This document shows, piece by piece, positions 19,080 through 27,911 of a stretch of DNA of 64,000 bases. Source of the DNA: a bacterium (GTDB lineage Bacteria; Patescibacteriota; Minisyncoccia; Phycocordibacterales; GCA-002787175); assembly GCA_030699905.1 (NCBI GenBank), contig JAUYKQ010000010.1:2554-66553 (forward strand), written 5' to 3'. The position numbers and the translations under genes are program-made. Every line of letters begins with the position of its first letter. Position 1 is the stretch's first letter. The notes beneath the pieces were generated by a model. It did not search any database. It was not told where the DNA came from and was given only the letters and a program-made list of their open reading frames with translations.

Positions 19080-19571
19080 GTGTATAATTATAGCAGTTTA
19101 ATCAATTTAACTTTAAATATGGAAAAGCATAATAATTTCGAGGCCGTGGCTATTGAGGCAGACATGGAAAATAATGAAAAGGAGGGGTGGTTGGCGCACA
19201 GAGTGTCTACTTTAAGAAGTTTTGTATTAGCTGATGTGGTAAAGGTCATCCAAAAAAAGATGGCTGATGATTTGCGTCTTAAAAAAGCAAGTGACAGGAG
19301 GGGAGGATCTACCGCATTGTCACTAAATTTTTCTGATATGGCAGGGGTTAGAACGGATTTACGGCCAGCGTCACGAGATAGAATCGATTGGCTTTTGGTT
19401 GATAATGACGGTTATGGAAAAGACATCCCTTTAAGTGCCGTATTGGAGGTTGTGAAAAAAGAACTGATGATTAGATATGAAGAAAAGTTGGAGTTGCTTG
19501 GAAGTGATTCGTCGGAAGAAGACCTTTCGCAAGTTGCGTTTGAACCCATTCCCGGTAGAGAAAATGTATAA
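19080..19571 (+). CDS. Hypothetical protein (start possibly MEKHNNF at 19122).
   Basis: ORF. Upstream TTGTAT-17-TATAAT promoter-like sequence at ~19060-19087. Confidence 0.4.
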   Translation: MYNYSSLINLTLNMEKHNNFEAVAIEADMENNEKEGWLAHRVSTLRSFVLADVVKVIQKKMADDLRLKKASDRRGGSTALSLNFSDMAGVRTDLRPASRDRIDWLLVDNDGYGKDIPLSAVLEVVKKELMIRYEEKLELLGSDSSEEDLSQVAFEPIPGRENV

Positions 19572-19606
19572 TCTACCTGACTTCAGGTATATCTCACACA
19601 TACCAT

Positions 19607-19634
19607 ATCCATTATTCGGCCGGATAATGGATAA
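19607..19634. terminator. Bidirectional terminator hairpin between convergent genes (tccattattcgg|ccggataatgga).
   Basis: Perfect 13-bp palindrome in an AT-rich context. Confidence 0.5.
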
Positions 19635-19640
19635 AATAAT

Positions 19641-20324
19641 TTAAGATTTGTTGAGGGGTAATTCATTCAATAGCTTTTTTATTGCTTCCGTGTCCGTGTT
19701 CCACTCGTTCCCGTCAAACCATTCCATGCCTTCAAATTGGAGTTTGTACGTGTCAGAAGGTCTCTGGAGTGAACCTATGTAAAAATATTTTCTGCCGTCC
19801 TCTTTTGCTTGTTGAATTGCAAGAAGCATCATGCCGAGACCTGTGTCTTTTGGGGCTTCAGATTCGTAAAAAGGATAGGAGTAGTGAAAAATATTCGGCG
19901 AGTCGTAACAGATTGTGTAAGCAAACGTGTAGCGTGTAGCGTGTAGCGTGTAGCGGAGGAGGCAGTTGAAATTGCTTTTTTCGGGATTAGTTAAAAGTTC
20001 TTTAATTTTGTTCGCGCTAAAGTCCGCATCGCGGGACGCATAAAAGTCCTTGGCCATTTTGCCGATGGGCCAGGAATAGCGTGTATCGTCTGAAGACAAA
20101 GACAAGGGGAGAGGGAGTTTCTCCATCTTCAATCCTTCGCATTTTTTTAAGATACGCCGGTTCTCGCTTGAGAGCTCAAATTTTGAAAGGGCAATTCTCG
20201 CGCTTCTGGTTTGGTGCATTACTCCTTTGCCAAGACGGGTGAAAACATAACCATTGTTGTACAAGGCCTCAACGCTTTCGTGAGAAAAGTCGGTAATGGT
20301 TTTTTCGTTCCAGTGTAAATACAT
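19641..20324 (-). CDS. Aminoacyl-tRNA--protein transferase-like protein (Bpt/Ate1 C-terminal family). Contains an in-frame (gtgtagc)x4 tandem repeat.
   Basis: C-terminal YFYIGSLQRPSDTYKLQFEGMEWFDGNEW resembles the Bpt motif YLGYW...SxKMxYKxxFxPxE. Confidence 0.45.
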   Translation of the reverse strand: MYLHWNEKTITDFSHESVEALYNNGYVFTRLGKGVMHQTRSARIALSKFELSSENRRILKKCEGLKMEKLPLPLSLSSDDTRYSWPIGKMAKDFYASRDADFSANKIKELLTNPEKSNFNCLLRYTLHATRYTFAYTICYDSPNIFHYSYPFYESEAPKDTGLGMMLLAIQQAKEDGRKYFYIGSLQRPSDTYKLQFEGMEWFDGNEWNTDTEAIKKLLNELPLNKS

Positions 20325-20326
20325 GT

Positions 20327-20412
20327 TCTCTAATCAATCTCTAATTTTCATCTCAAATTTCCCGAATCCCTATTCGGGATTATTAGTGTTTAGATTTGGG
20401 ATTGATTGGTGA
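20327..20412. repeat. Intergenic repeat, family 'ctctaatc / attcgggatt', copy 3.
   Basis: gttctctaatcaatctctaat...cccgaatccctattcgggattattag...gggattgattgg. Confidence 0.5.
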
Positions 20413-20416
20413 CTTA

Positions 20417-21595
20417 TCAATGCAGAGCTATCCATATTCCTGTCATTACAAATGCCAAATGTATTATCCAGAAACGCATTATGACTTTCTCCTCGCTCCA
20501 GCCAATAAGCTCAAAATGGTGGTGCAGAGGCGCCATTTTAAAAATCTTTTTGCCAAAAATGGTTCGGGATGCTATTTGCAATACTACCGACAGAGCTTCC
20601 ACGTAAAACATAAAAGCCAAGAAAACCAAGGCCACCATTTGATTTATAACTATGGCATTTATTGCCAAAAGAGCCCCAAGTCCCAAAGAACCGACATCAC
20701 CCATCTGAAATCTCGCCGGTTTGATGTTAAAATAAGTATAAGTTACAAGGGCTCCAACCACTGTCGCGTTTAAAATCGCAACTTCCGTAAAACCGCCCAT
20801 CCAAGAAAGGATCAAAAGGGAACCGAAGGTTGGAATAAGCATACCGCCGGCAAGTCCGTCCATACCGTCCGCGATATTCACCGCGTTGGCTGTAAACATC
20901 ACTACAAAAATAATAAGCGGAATCAAAAGAATCCCGATATTTAAAAAGCTGTCTGCTCCTGCCGGGCCTAAGAATGTTGAACCTCCGTTTTCTAAAAAAG
21001 GAATGTAGATTTCCCTCCAGTGTTCTCCAAGTTTAAAAAATATCCACCATGCCGTAATGGCGCCCGCCAAAAATTGCAAAATAAGTTTCTCGTGAACATG
21101 AACGCCTTTGCCGGGGTGCGACCCTATCCACATGGACATTCTCTTGAAAACAACCCAAGGCAGAGTGATGGCGAGCCATACTCGGGCTTTTAAGTCGTGA
21201 TGCACGCGGATAAGAAGCAGTGTTTGTTTCAGGCCACGACTCCTTCTTTTTGTGCCGAAAATGTTCAGGATGTCGTCTAAGGCGCCGAGAAAGGCAGAAA
21301 GAAGCATAACTCCAATCGGTACCCAAGTAAAACTACGTTCCCAGTTAAAAAGTAGGGTGATGACCGCGACGGTAAATATGACAAGAATCCCACCCATTGT
21401 CGGGGTGTTCATTTTGCTTTTGCGGGACTCCAAAAGCAGTGTCGGGTCATAGCCACCACGCCTTCCCACGGTAATGTCGTATTTATACAAAAAATGCGTC
21501 ATTATCGGCGCTAAGCCAAAAGACACCACTATGGCCATGGGAATAAAGCCGATAATCAAGGAAAGGTTGGATGCGTCTAAAACAACTTCAGACAT
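20417..21595 (-). CDS. mraY: Phospho-N-acetylmuramoyl-pentapeptide transferase MraY.
   Basis: 10-TM protein with MraY motifs NAVNIADGMDGLAGG and HHHFE. 392 aa. Confidence 0.9.
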   Translation of the reverse strand: MSEVVLDASNLSLIIGFIPMAIVVSFGLAPIMTHFLYKYDITVGRRGGYDPTLLLESRKSKMNTPTMGGILVIFTVAVITLLFNWERSFTWVPIGVMLLSAFLGALDDILNIFGTKRRSRGLKQTLLLIRVHHDLKARVWLAITLPWVVFKRMSMWIGSHPGKGVHVHEKLILQFLAGAITAWWIFFKLGEHWREIYIPFLENGGSTFLGPAGADSFLNIGILLIPLIIFVVMFTANAVNIADGMDGLAGGMLIPTFGSLLILSWMGGFTEVAILNATVVGALVTYTYFNIKPARFQMGDVGSLGLGALLAINAIVINQMVALVFLAFMFYVEALSVVLQIASRTIFGKKIFKMAPLHHHFELIGWSEEKVIMRFWIIHLAFVMTGIWIALH

Positions 21596-21741
21596 AGGGG
21601 AATATTATCACATGTTTGCAAAACCGATAACACGAAGAAAAACCCGAGTCGCCGGCCGAGACGCGCCTCATCTGGAATTCCGTAGTCGGCATTCTCGGCT
21701 TGTCTTTAGAGAAGTCAAGTTAACGAGGTAGTAAAATCAAT

Positions 21742-23757
21742 CTAAAACCATTTAAGTCGCCTGATGCTAACTTCTGACTTTTTCGCTCTTTCTTGGGTGA
21801 GGTTTTCCGCGCCCATTTTTCCATTTTCCACCCATTTTTGCTCGGAAACGGGTTTTGTAACGTCCGTGATTTCTATAACGCCCTCTCTCACGCCGTGGCC
21901 GTAAGGTCCATCAGAAGGCCATGCCAGCGAGTGAACGTATTTTAACTTCAGGGGAGTTTCTTCTTGGCGCTTGACTTCGGAAATCACGACCATGTGGTTA
22001 AACTGCCTCTCGTCTTCACTGTCGTGCAACATGCTTATAAAGTCGCCCGGGGACACTTCGTCAATTCTCACTTCTTTGCTGTTTGCGTCGTGGGAAAAAG
22101 TGGCTACCGAGGTGTTTTGTATCGTGCGCAGACGAGAGAGAAGCGCTCGCGAGAACGATTTTGAATTTGAAAAAGAGATACGAGATTTTAAAGCTCCACA
22201 GCCGCGAGCGATGCCCTCGGCATTTAAAACGTGGTAGGCAAAACCGGAGCAGTCCACGCCGATCCTGTTGTCAACCAGGATTTTGATGATATTTTCTTTA
22301 TCAAGTTTGGAAAAATCCATGTGGTTTTTCATAAAGATAAGTTCTGCCTCTTCTTTTATTTCCTCAACACTGCCTTTTCCTATGGCCGCTTTTACCGCTC
22401 CGCGAATTCCCGATCTGCGGTTGTTGAAGTAGGGGCAGGGCACAGGCACCGGAAGGGGTAGGTGAAGGTAGTTGTTCACAATGGCAATAGCTTCCGGCAA
22501 AAGTTTTTTTGTCGTGACATTAAACAGAGGGAGAAGACGTTTTATCTTTTCGCCGTTTTGATTTAAGTTTTTTTGATCGGCAAGCACGCTGTCTTGGCTT
22601 TGTATTTGCAAGATGGCGGCGTTCGGCTTGTCTTCATTTTTCGCGTGAACCGAAAGTCCTTCTTTTCCAAATTTGTCAGTTTTAAGAAGAGGGGCTGTGT
22701 TTAACCAGTCGTCAGTTAGGCGCTGAATTAGCTGTCCGCCATTTCTAAGTTCCGTGGAAGGCAGGTCGGGCAGGGGCATTTCCAGAAGAGCTAAGAGGTG
22801 CTCTTCAAAAACAGAAAGGCCGGTAGGGTCGTTTTTCTTCTGCAAAGTGGCTTCCCACGCGACATTGGCTGTTTGTCTGGCGTTTACCTCCAAAAGATAA
22901 ATTCTACGCGTTTTTTCGTCCATCGCAAAATCCGCCCCGAAAAGTCCGCGCCACTTATGTTTTTGGAAAATCATGCCGATGTCGCTCATTATTTCTCTTA
23001 TCTGCAACGTCTGTTCTTTGGATAGCATTTTCTTGGGTAGTCCCCAGTCGTTGCCTACGGATGAAAAAGGCAAGTCGGTAAAAGGAGACAGTCCGGTAAT
23101 TTGAAAACTTATGTTGCCGTGAGCTATTTTCGTATCAAAGACCACGGCGTTTGTCGTAAACACCGGCCCTTTTATGTATTCGCTCAAGCGGACTTCTCTT
23201 TCCGGAAATTTCGTTTTAAGTTTTGAAAGTTCGGCGTTGTTTGTTACAAGCAGTGTTCCTTCGCCTGAATGGGCGTGGTTAAACTGTATTATTGAGGGAT
23301 ATTTTTTCAGGTTAATTTCTTTTATCTTTGAAATCACATGAGGAGGCAGAAACTTTGACGAGTTCTCAAGCCACTGTCCTTGACTCGTTTTTTCTTCGGC
23401 CAGACGGGCGATCTCTGACGGCGGATTTAAAAGAGTGATGCCCAGTTCTTTTGCCGTTCTTTCAATGGCGAGAGTGTTCTTGAAAACCAATAAACCGGCC
23501 TTGCCAAGGCGGGAAAAAAGCTCTATTGACTCTTCGCGTTTCAAAAGCTCGTGCGTGTCAAGTTTTTTTTCTGAAACAACAACCGTTACGTTTTCTTTCG
23601 TTCCATAAAGAGGGTCTGCATCTTTTCGCGCTTTGTTAGTGATAATATGGTATCCCTCGGTAGGCAATGGCAAGCCACACGCCCTTTCCAAGTCGCGGGT
23701 AACATAGACCACGGGGTTGTTCTTGATATTTTCGTACAACGGAGAATGTTGACTCAT
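21742..23757 (-). CDS. Fusion protein: N-terminal ATP-grasp domain plus C-terminal papain-like (NlpC/P60- or CHAP-like) Cys/His peptidase domain. Putative cell-wall peptide ligase/hydrolase.
   Basis: ATP-grasp core LLEVNARQ. C-terminal VDCSGFAYHVLN...FNHMVVISE arranged as Cys...His. Confidence 0.5.
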   Translation of the reverse strand: MSQHSPLYENIKNNPVVYVTRDLERACGLPLPTEGYHIITNKARKDADPLYGTKENVTVVVSEKKLDTHELLKREESIELFSRLGKAGLLVFKNTLAIERTAKELGITLLNPPSEIARLAEEKTSQGQWLENSSKFLPPHVISKIKEINLKKYPSIIQFNHAHSGEGTLLVTNNAELSKLKTKFPEREVRLSEYIKGPVFTTNAVVFDTKIAHGNISFQITGLSPFTDLPFSSVGNDWGLPKKMLSKEQTLQIREIMSDIGMIFQKHKWRGLFGADFAMDEKTRRIYLLEVNARQTANVAWEATLQKKNDPTGLSVFEEHLLALLEMPLPDLPSTELRNGGQLIQRLTDDWLNTAPLLKTDKFGKEGLSVHAKNEDKPNAAILQIQSQDSVLADQKNLNQNGEKIKRLLPLFNVTTKKLLPEAIAIVNNYLHLPLPVPVPCPYFNNRRSGIRGAVKAAIGKGSVEEIKEEAELIFMKNHMDFSKLDKENIIKILVDNRIGVDCSGFAYHVLNAEGIARGCGALKSRISFSNSKSFSRALLSRLRTIQNTSVATFSHDANSKEVRIDEVSPGDFISMLHDSEDERQFNHMVVISEVKRQEETPLKLKYVHSLAWPSDGPYGHGVREGVIEITDVTKPVSEQKWVENGKMGAENLTQERAKKSEVSIRRLKWF

Positions 23758-23827
23758 GGAGAGTAGTATAAGGTAGAAAGGGTAAAGTATAAAGGAGAAA
23801 AGCAGAGCTTTAAACGTCTATACTGTG

Positions 23828-23968
23828 AATTACGAAATACTTGCTTTTTACCCCCCCCACTCGGAAAGCTCCCAAAAAAGTGACCGCTCCAAGGGCGCTT
23901 GCCGGGGGCTCAAGTCACTTTTTTGTGACTTTCCTCGTGGGGGGGTGCCTGCCGTATTTCGTAACTCA
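23828..23968. repeat. ~140-nt long imperfect palindrome with nested stems (cgaaatac/gtatttcg, tacccccccc/gggggggt, aaaaaagtgac/gtcacttttttg) in the divergent region between the ATP-grasp gene and rsmI. MITE-like or regulatory.
   Basis: Inverted symmetry is visible. The C8/G7 homopolymer arms are atypical for this AT-rich genome. Confidence 0.55.
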
Positions 23969-24035
23969 AAGTGTGTTCAGTATTCATTTCTCGCATGCTC
24001 ATTGCGTGTTTAGCGTTCCGTGGTATTGTACTTTA

Positions 24036-24728
24036 ATGATGAAAAGTGATGGCATTTTATACGTTGTAGCCACTCCAATAGGTAATATGGAAGATATCAC
24101 CCTGCGCGCTTTGCGGACGCTTAAAGAGGCCGATATCATTCTCTGTGAAGACACCCGCGTAACGAAGCGGATTTTAGACAGGTACGAAATAAAAGATAAA
24201 AAGTTGTCCGTTTGGAACGAAGAGAGAAGTGGCGTATCTGCCGATAAAGTCACTGAATGGCTTGGAGAGGGGAAGAAGATCGCGCTTGTTACAGATGCTG
24301 GTACACCGGGAATTTCAGATCCGGGTGGAAAGCTTCTAATATCAATCAAGGAGAGCTTGCCTGAAGTTAAAATTGAGGCAATTCCCGGCCCAAGCGCACT
24401 TACATCTGCGCTTTCTGTCGCAGGTATTCCCCTGCACGATTTTGTTTTCCTGGGTTTTTTGCCTCACAAAAAGGGAAGGGAAACTATTTTTAAAGAAATT
24501 GCCACCGCAAAAAGGCCGTATGTTTTTTACGAGTCGCCGCATCGCATTTTAAAAGCCCTTGAGTCCCTTAAAAAGTTTTCGCCGGAGAAAAAAATTACCA
24601 TTTGTCGTGAGCTTACCAAAATCCACGAAGAAGTCGTATCCGGCACGGCTAACGAGCTTTTGGAGTATTTTGAAAATAACAAGGAAAAGGTAAGAGGGGA
24701 GTTTGTGGTAATAATATCGGATCTCTAA
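24036..24728 (+). CDS. rsmI: 16S rRNA (cytidine1402-2'-O)-methyltransferase RsmI.
   Basis: ILYVVATPIGNMEDITLRALRTLKEADIILCEDTRVTKRIL...VTDAGTPGISDPG: the tetrapyrrole-methylase-fold RsmI signature. Start at MMKSDG. Confidence 0.8.
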   Translation: MMKSDGILYVVATPIGNMEDITLRALRTLKEADIILCEDTRVTKRILDRYEIKDKKLSVWNEERSGVSADKVTEWLGEGKKIALVTDAGTPGISDPGGKLLISIKESLPEVKIEAIPGPSALTSALSVAGIPLHDFVFLGFLPHKKGRETIFKEIATAKRPYVFYESPHRILKALESLKKFSPEKKITICRELTKIHEEVVSGTANELLEYFENNKEKVRGEFVVIISDL

Positions 24729-24765
24729 TCAAATTCTAATTTTTCCTCGAATAATCACTAATAAA
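24721..24765. repeat. Intergenic repeat, family 'ctctaatc', copy 4.
   Basis: atctctaatcaaattctaatttttcctcgaataatcactaat. Confidence 0.4.
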
Positions 24766-24766
24766 T

Positions 24767-25012
24767 ATGGACACAGTAACTACAATAGGGACAATAGGTG
24801 CGGGGATTATCCTTGTTTTCTTTCTTCTAAACCAGGCGCACAAAATAGATAGAGACAGTATGGCTTATGATGTGGGGAACTTTATAGGAGGAGGGCTTTT
24901 GGTCGTATACTCAATCTTCATACAATCTTGGCCTTTCCTTGCTTTAAATATCGTCTGGACGCTCTTTTCTTTCAAAGACATGTTTTTAAATTTTAAAAAA
25001 CGCCACTTTTGA
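24767..25012 (+). CDS. Small membrane protein (2 TM), hypothetical.
   Basis: ORF with hydrophobic segments. Confidence 0.4.
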   Translation: MDTVTTIGTIGAGIILVFFLLNQAHKIDRDSMAYDVGNFIGGGLLVVYSIFIQSWPFLALNIVWTLFSFKDMFLNFKKRHF

Positions 25013-25080
25013 CAGGCGGTAAAACCGGCGTTTTGCTTTGAGCGAAGCGGAACTTTAAACTTTTAACTTGTAACTAGAAA

Positions 25081-25107
25081 ATAGACCGGCTACAGCCGGT
25101 CTATTTT
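25081..25107. terminator. Bidirectional terminator (atagaccgg/ccggtctat), overlapping the stop codon of the PCD gene.
   Basis: 9-bp perfect stem with A/T flanks. Confidence 0.55.
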
Positions 25108-25416
25108 CGCCGCCAATATAAAATCGTTTTCCGTAAGACCGCCGATGGAGTGAGTGTAAAGAGTAACTTCCACGTATCCCCATCCGAATTTAATATCCGG
25201 ATGATGGCCCTCTTTTTCGGCTATTTCGCCGATTTTATTTACGAAAGCAAGCGCTTCGGCAAAATCTTTAAATTCAAATTTACGCTTAAGTCGCTCGTGT
25301 TCTTCCCATGTCCAGTCCGGAACTTGCCGTGAAAATTCCTTGATTTCATTCAACATCAAGTGCCCCCTGCCCAGCTCGCATGATTCGCATGTTTCTTTGT
25401 GGAGTTCTTTACTCAT
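25090..25416 (-). CDS. Pterin-4a-carbinolamine dehydratase (PCD/PhhB).
   Basis: EGHHPDI...GWGYVEVTLYTHSIGGLTENDFILAAKID. Start at MSKEL. Confidence 0.7.
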   Translation of the reverse strand: MSKELHKETCESCELGRGHLMLNEIKEFSRQVPDWTWEEHERLKRKFEFKDFAEALAFVNKIGEIAEKEGHHPDIKFGWGYVEVTLYTHSIGGLTENDFILAAKIDRL

Positions 25417-25578
25417 ATGTTTGTATTTTACCATAAGTAATCTTGAATTACGAAGCATAGCGTGGTTGGTGTGGTCGGTGGACGGCATCATAAACTTATC
25501 TTCAGTTAGTGGCAGCCAAGGTTACGGGTTTACATTTTCCGCGCTCGGTACATAATTAAGTAAGATAAGGAGGTATGC

Positions 25579-25929
25579 ATGAAAAATACAAAAGAAAAGG
25601 TCGCTGACCTGGAAGCGGCAGAGGCCCGTCTCAGAAGAACTTTAAATGAGGCGGTAGAGCAAGAGGAGAAGCTCAATAAAGAGCTTGATAGGGCTACGCA
25701 CCTAAGGGTGGAACTTGTGAAGCTCCGTGCAGAGTTTAGTGCCGAACGAGAATCTTTGCCCGCCGATCCGAATGCCATTGTAAGCTGGCGAAAGCGGTTT
25801 ACTGATGCCATTAAGGAGATCAGTCACGCCTGCGACGCCATTTATCAGCGCATGCAAAAGGCCCAAAGGGCCGCGGAAAAACGCAACACGGCTTCAGAAG
25901 AAGCCGAGGAAGAGAAAAAGAAAAAATAA
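25579..25929 (+). CDS. Coiled-coil protein with a Lys/Glu-rich tail, hypothetical. Strong SD aaggagg 7 nt upstream.
   Basis: ORF with a canonical RBS. Confidence 0.5.
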   Translation: MKNTKEKVADLEAAEARLRRTLNEAVEQEEKLNKELDRATHLRVELVKLRAEFSAERESLPADPNAIVSWRKRFTDAIKEISHACDAIYQRMQKAQRAAEKRNTASEEAEEEKKKK

Positions 25930-25934
25930 TCACA

Positions 25935-25976
25935 AGGCCGCGCGTTTTTCCACCTGCGCGGCCTTTACTTTTTTAT
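25935..25976 (+). terminator. Rho-independent terminator (aggccgcgc/gcgcggcct plus T-run).
   Basis: GC stem followed by ttactttttt. Confidence 0.6.
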
Positions 25977-26056
25977 GTTAAGATATCTCATGTACCACAT
26001 TTCCTATTCACTTATTTACAGTATTCGGATATAATCTGTAGATTCGCATTATAATT

Positions 26057-26401
26057 ATGGCCAAATCAAAAACTCTCATAACATTAAGCATTTTTCTGAT
26101 TTTGTTGCCTTTTTTGGGTTTTCCGATATCATGGGATCGTTTTTTTGTTGCAAGCATAGGAGTTGTCTCCGGTCTTTTAGGTGTGTCATATTACAGAAAA
26201 GAAAAAGAAAAAATGAGAAGGCAAAATAGAAAAAGTGTGGCGACTGATACTCCGATATTTATGGAAAACAAGCTCGCCGGCAGTCCTTATTTTAACAAAA
26301 ACGACTCATATTCTCCTTACGGCAAAGGACTTTCCAAAGAGGGAGTGAATGATATGACTAACCAAAAAGTCCGAAATGCCGAGACCACTGAAACAAATTA
26401 A
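26057..26401 (+). CDS. Small membrane protein, hypothetical.
   Basis: ORF with an N-terminal double TM. Confidence 0.4.
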   Translation: MAKSKTLITLSIFLILLPFLGFPISWDRFFVASIGVVSGLLGVSYYRKEKEKMRRQNRKSVATDTPIFMENKLAGSPYFNKNDSYSPYGKGLSKEGVNDMTNQKVRNAETTETN

Positions 26402-27701
26402 AAGGGAAGAAAAAAAGCAAAATCCACGCGTTTTTCTTTTACTGGCCGGAGGGTCTTTTTCTTTGATGTTTGTTGCCGGTTTTTTATCTTTTTATTTTAC
26501 TCCGGAAGCGCTTCCTTTTGAATACCAATCTCTTGAAAACGGCAGGGCCAGTATTTCTTTTCCTTTGGATGTTAAAGAAGAAAAAGATAAGAAGAACAAT
26601 GTCTTTGTCGCGCATGTCGCCACACCCGAAGCAGTCAAAGCCATCTACATGACGAGCTGTGTGGCAGGCACGCCGTCTTTCCGAGAGAAACTCATTCGTC
26701 TCGCGGAAGAAACGGAAATAAACAGCATAATCATAGATGTCAAGGACTACAGCGGTCGTTTGGCTTTTCCTCCGGAGAGCGAGAGTTTGTCCCACGCTTA
26801 CCCAAGCACGTGCGCCGTGGCAGACCTAAGAGGGGTCGTTGAAGATTTGCATGACAGAGGCATTTACGTTATAGCTCGCATCACGGTTTTTCAAGATCCT
26901 CATCTGGCCATGTTGCGTCCGGACCTTGCAGTTTTGAAGGAAAGCGACCGCAGTGTCTGGAAAGACAACAAGGGCTTGTCTTTTACCGACCCCGGAGCCA
27001 GAGAAGTGTGGGATTATACAGTGCGAATAGCAAAGGAAACGCATGCTTTGGGTTTTGACGAGCTTAACTTTGACTACATACGTTTTCCTTCAGACGGTCC
27101 GATGAAAGACATTTATTTTCCCAAAAGCCAAAACCGTCCCAAAGCGGATGTCCTGGAGGATTTTTTTAAATTTCTTTCCGAAGAACTTGATTACACGGAT
27201 GACTCTGGCCATAAGCCGGTACTTTCCGCCGACCTTTTCGGCATGACCACGAACGCCGTGTCAGGTTTTGACTTAAACATAGGCCAGGTTTGGGAAAAAA
27301 CCTTGCCTTACTTTGACTATATTTCACCGATGGTCTACCCATCACACTATCCTTCCGGATTTAACGGCTGGAAAGACCCCAATAAACATCCTTACGAGAT
27401 CGTAAACTTTGCCATAAGCGAAGCTGTAAAGAAGACCGTAGCGACTTCCACCAGAGTATTTACCATAGGTTCCACTGAAATAGCTTCAACTTCTCCCGCG
27501 TTATACACCAAAAAAGCATACGATAAAAATAAAGTTCGCCCTTGGCTTCAGGATTTTGATTATGGAGGCAACTACGACATAGCGGAAGTCAAAGCGCAAA
27601 TACAGGCGGTGTATGACGTCGGTCTTTCTTCTTGGTTGCTTTGGTCGCCAAGCAATGTTTATACTCGGGGTGCCCTTTTGTCGTCTCAAGATGTTAACTG
27701 A
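26376..27701 (+). CDS. Membrane-anchored putative TIM-barrel glycoside hydrolase (GHL/DUF4015-like).
   Basis: N-terminal TM. GTPSFREKLIRLAEETEINSIIIDVKDYSG and DELNFDYIRFP blocks typical of the glycoside-hydrolase-like families. Confidence 0.4.
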   Translation: MPRPLKQIKREEKKQNPRVFLLLAGGSFSLMFVAGFLSFYFTPEALPFEYQSLENGRASISFPLDVKEEKDKKNNVFVAHVATPEAVKAIYMTSCVAGTPSFREKLIRLAEETEINSIIIDVKDYSGRLAFPPESESLSHAYPSTCAVADLRGVVEDLHDRGIYVIARITVFQDPHLAMLRPDLAVLKESDRSVWKDNKGLSFTDPGAREVWDYTVRIAKETHALGFDELNFDYIRFPSDGPMKDIYFPKSQNRPKADVLEDFFKFLSEELDYTDDSGHKPVLSADLFGMTTNAVSGFDLNIGQVWEKTLPYFDYISPMVYPSHYPSGFNGWKDPNKHPYEIVNFAISEAVKKTVATSTRVFTIGSTEIASTSPALYTKKAYDKNKVRPWLQDFDYGGNYDIAEVKAQIQAVYDVGLSSWLLWSPSNVYTRGALLSSQDVN

Positions 27702-27749
27702 ACGAAACAGAAATTTTACAAATTTACCTACATGATGTATTATAAGTGT

Positions 27750-27829
27750 GGGCCGGACTGCGGATTTGTGCCAAAAAGGAGGTGTGCTTCCCTTCTTTCT
27801 TTTAGGGTCCGCGGTTCCGGCCCTTTTTG
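27750..27829 (+). terminator. Long hairpin (gggccggactgcgg / ccgcggttccggccc) plus T5; candidate terminator for the upstream gene.
   Basis: 14-bp stem with a 45-nt loop followed by tttttg. Confidence 0.4.
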
Positions 27830-27876
27830 TATCCCGAGTTTTCATATATCTGCATCTTGAGTTATCCCCACCCTTC

Positions 27877-27904
27877 TTGACTCTATTTTAAAAAGCAGTA
27901 GAAT
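27877..27904 (+). promoter_or_regulatory. Sigma70-like promoter TTGACT-16-TAGAAT driving the candidate ncRNA.
   Basis: ttgact (27877-82), 16-nt spacer, tagaat (27899-904). Confidence 0.45.
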
Positions 27905-27911
27905 GTTTATC

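Noticed and set aside
23841-24035. The 65-aa N-terminal extension of the rsmI ORF.
   Set aside because: It is encoded entirely by the 140-nt nested palindrome; its sequence is low-complexity (poly-Pro/Gly from C/G runs). The conserved RsmI alignment begins at MMKSDG (24036).
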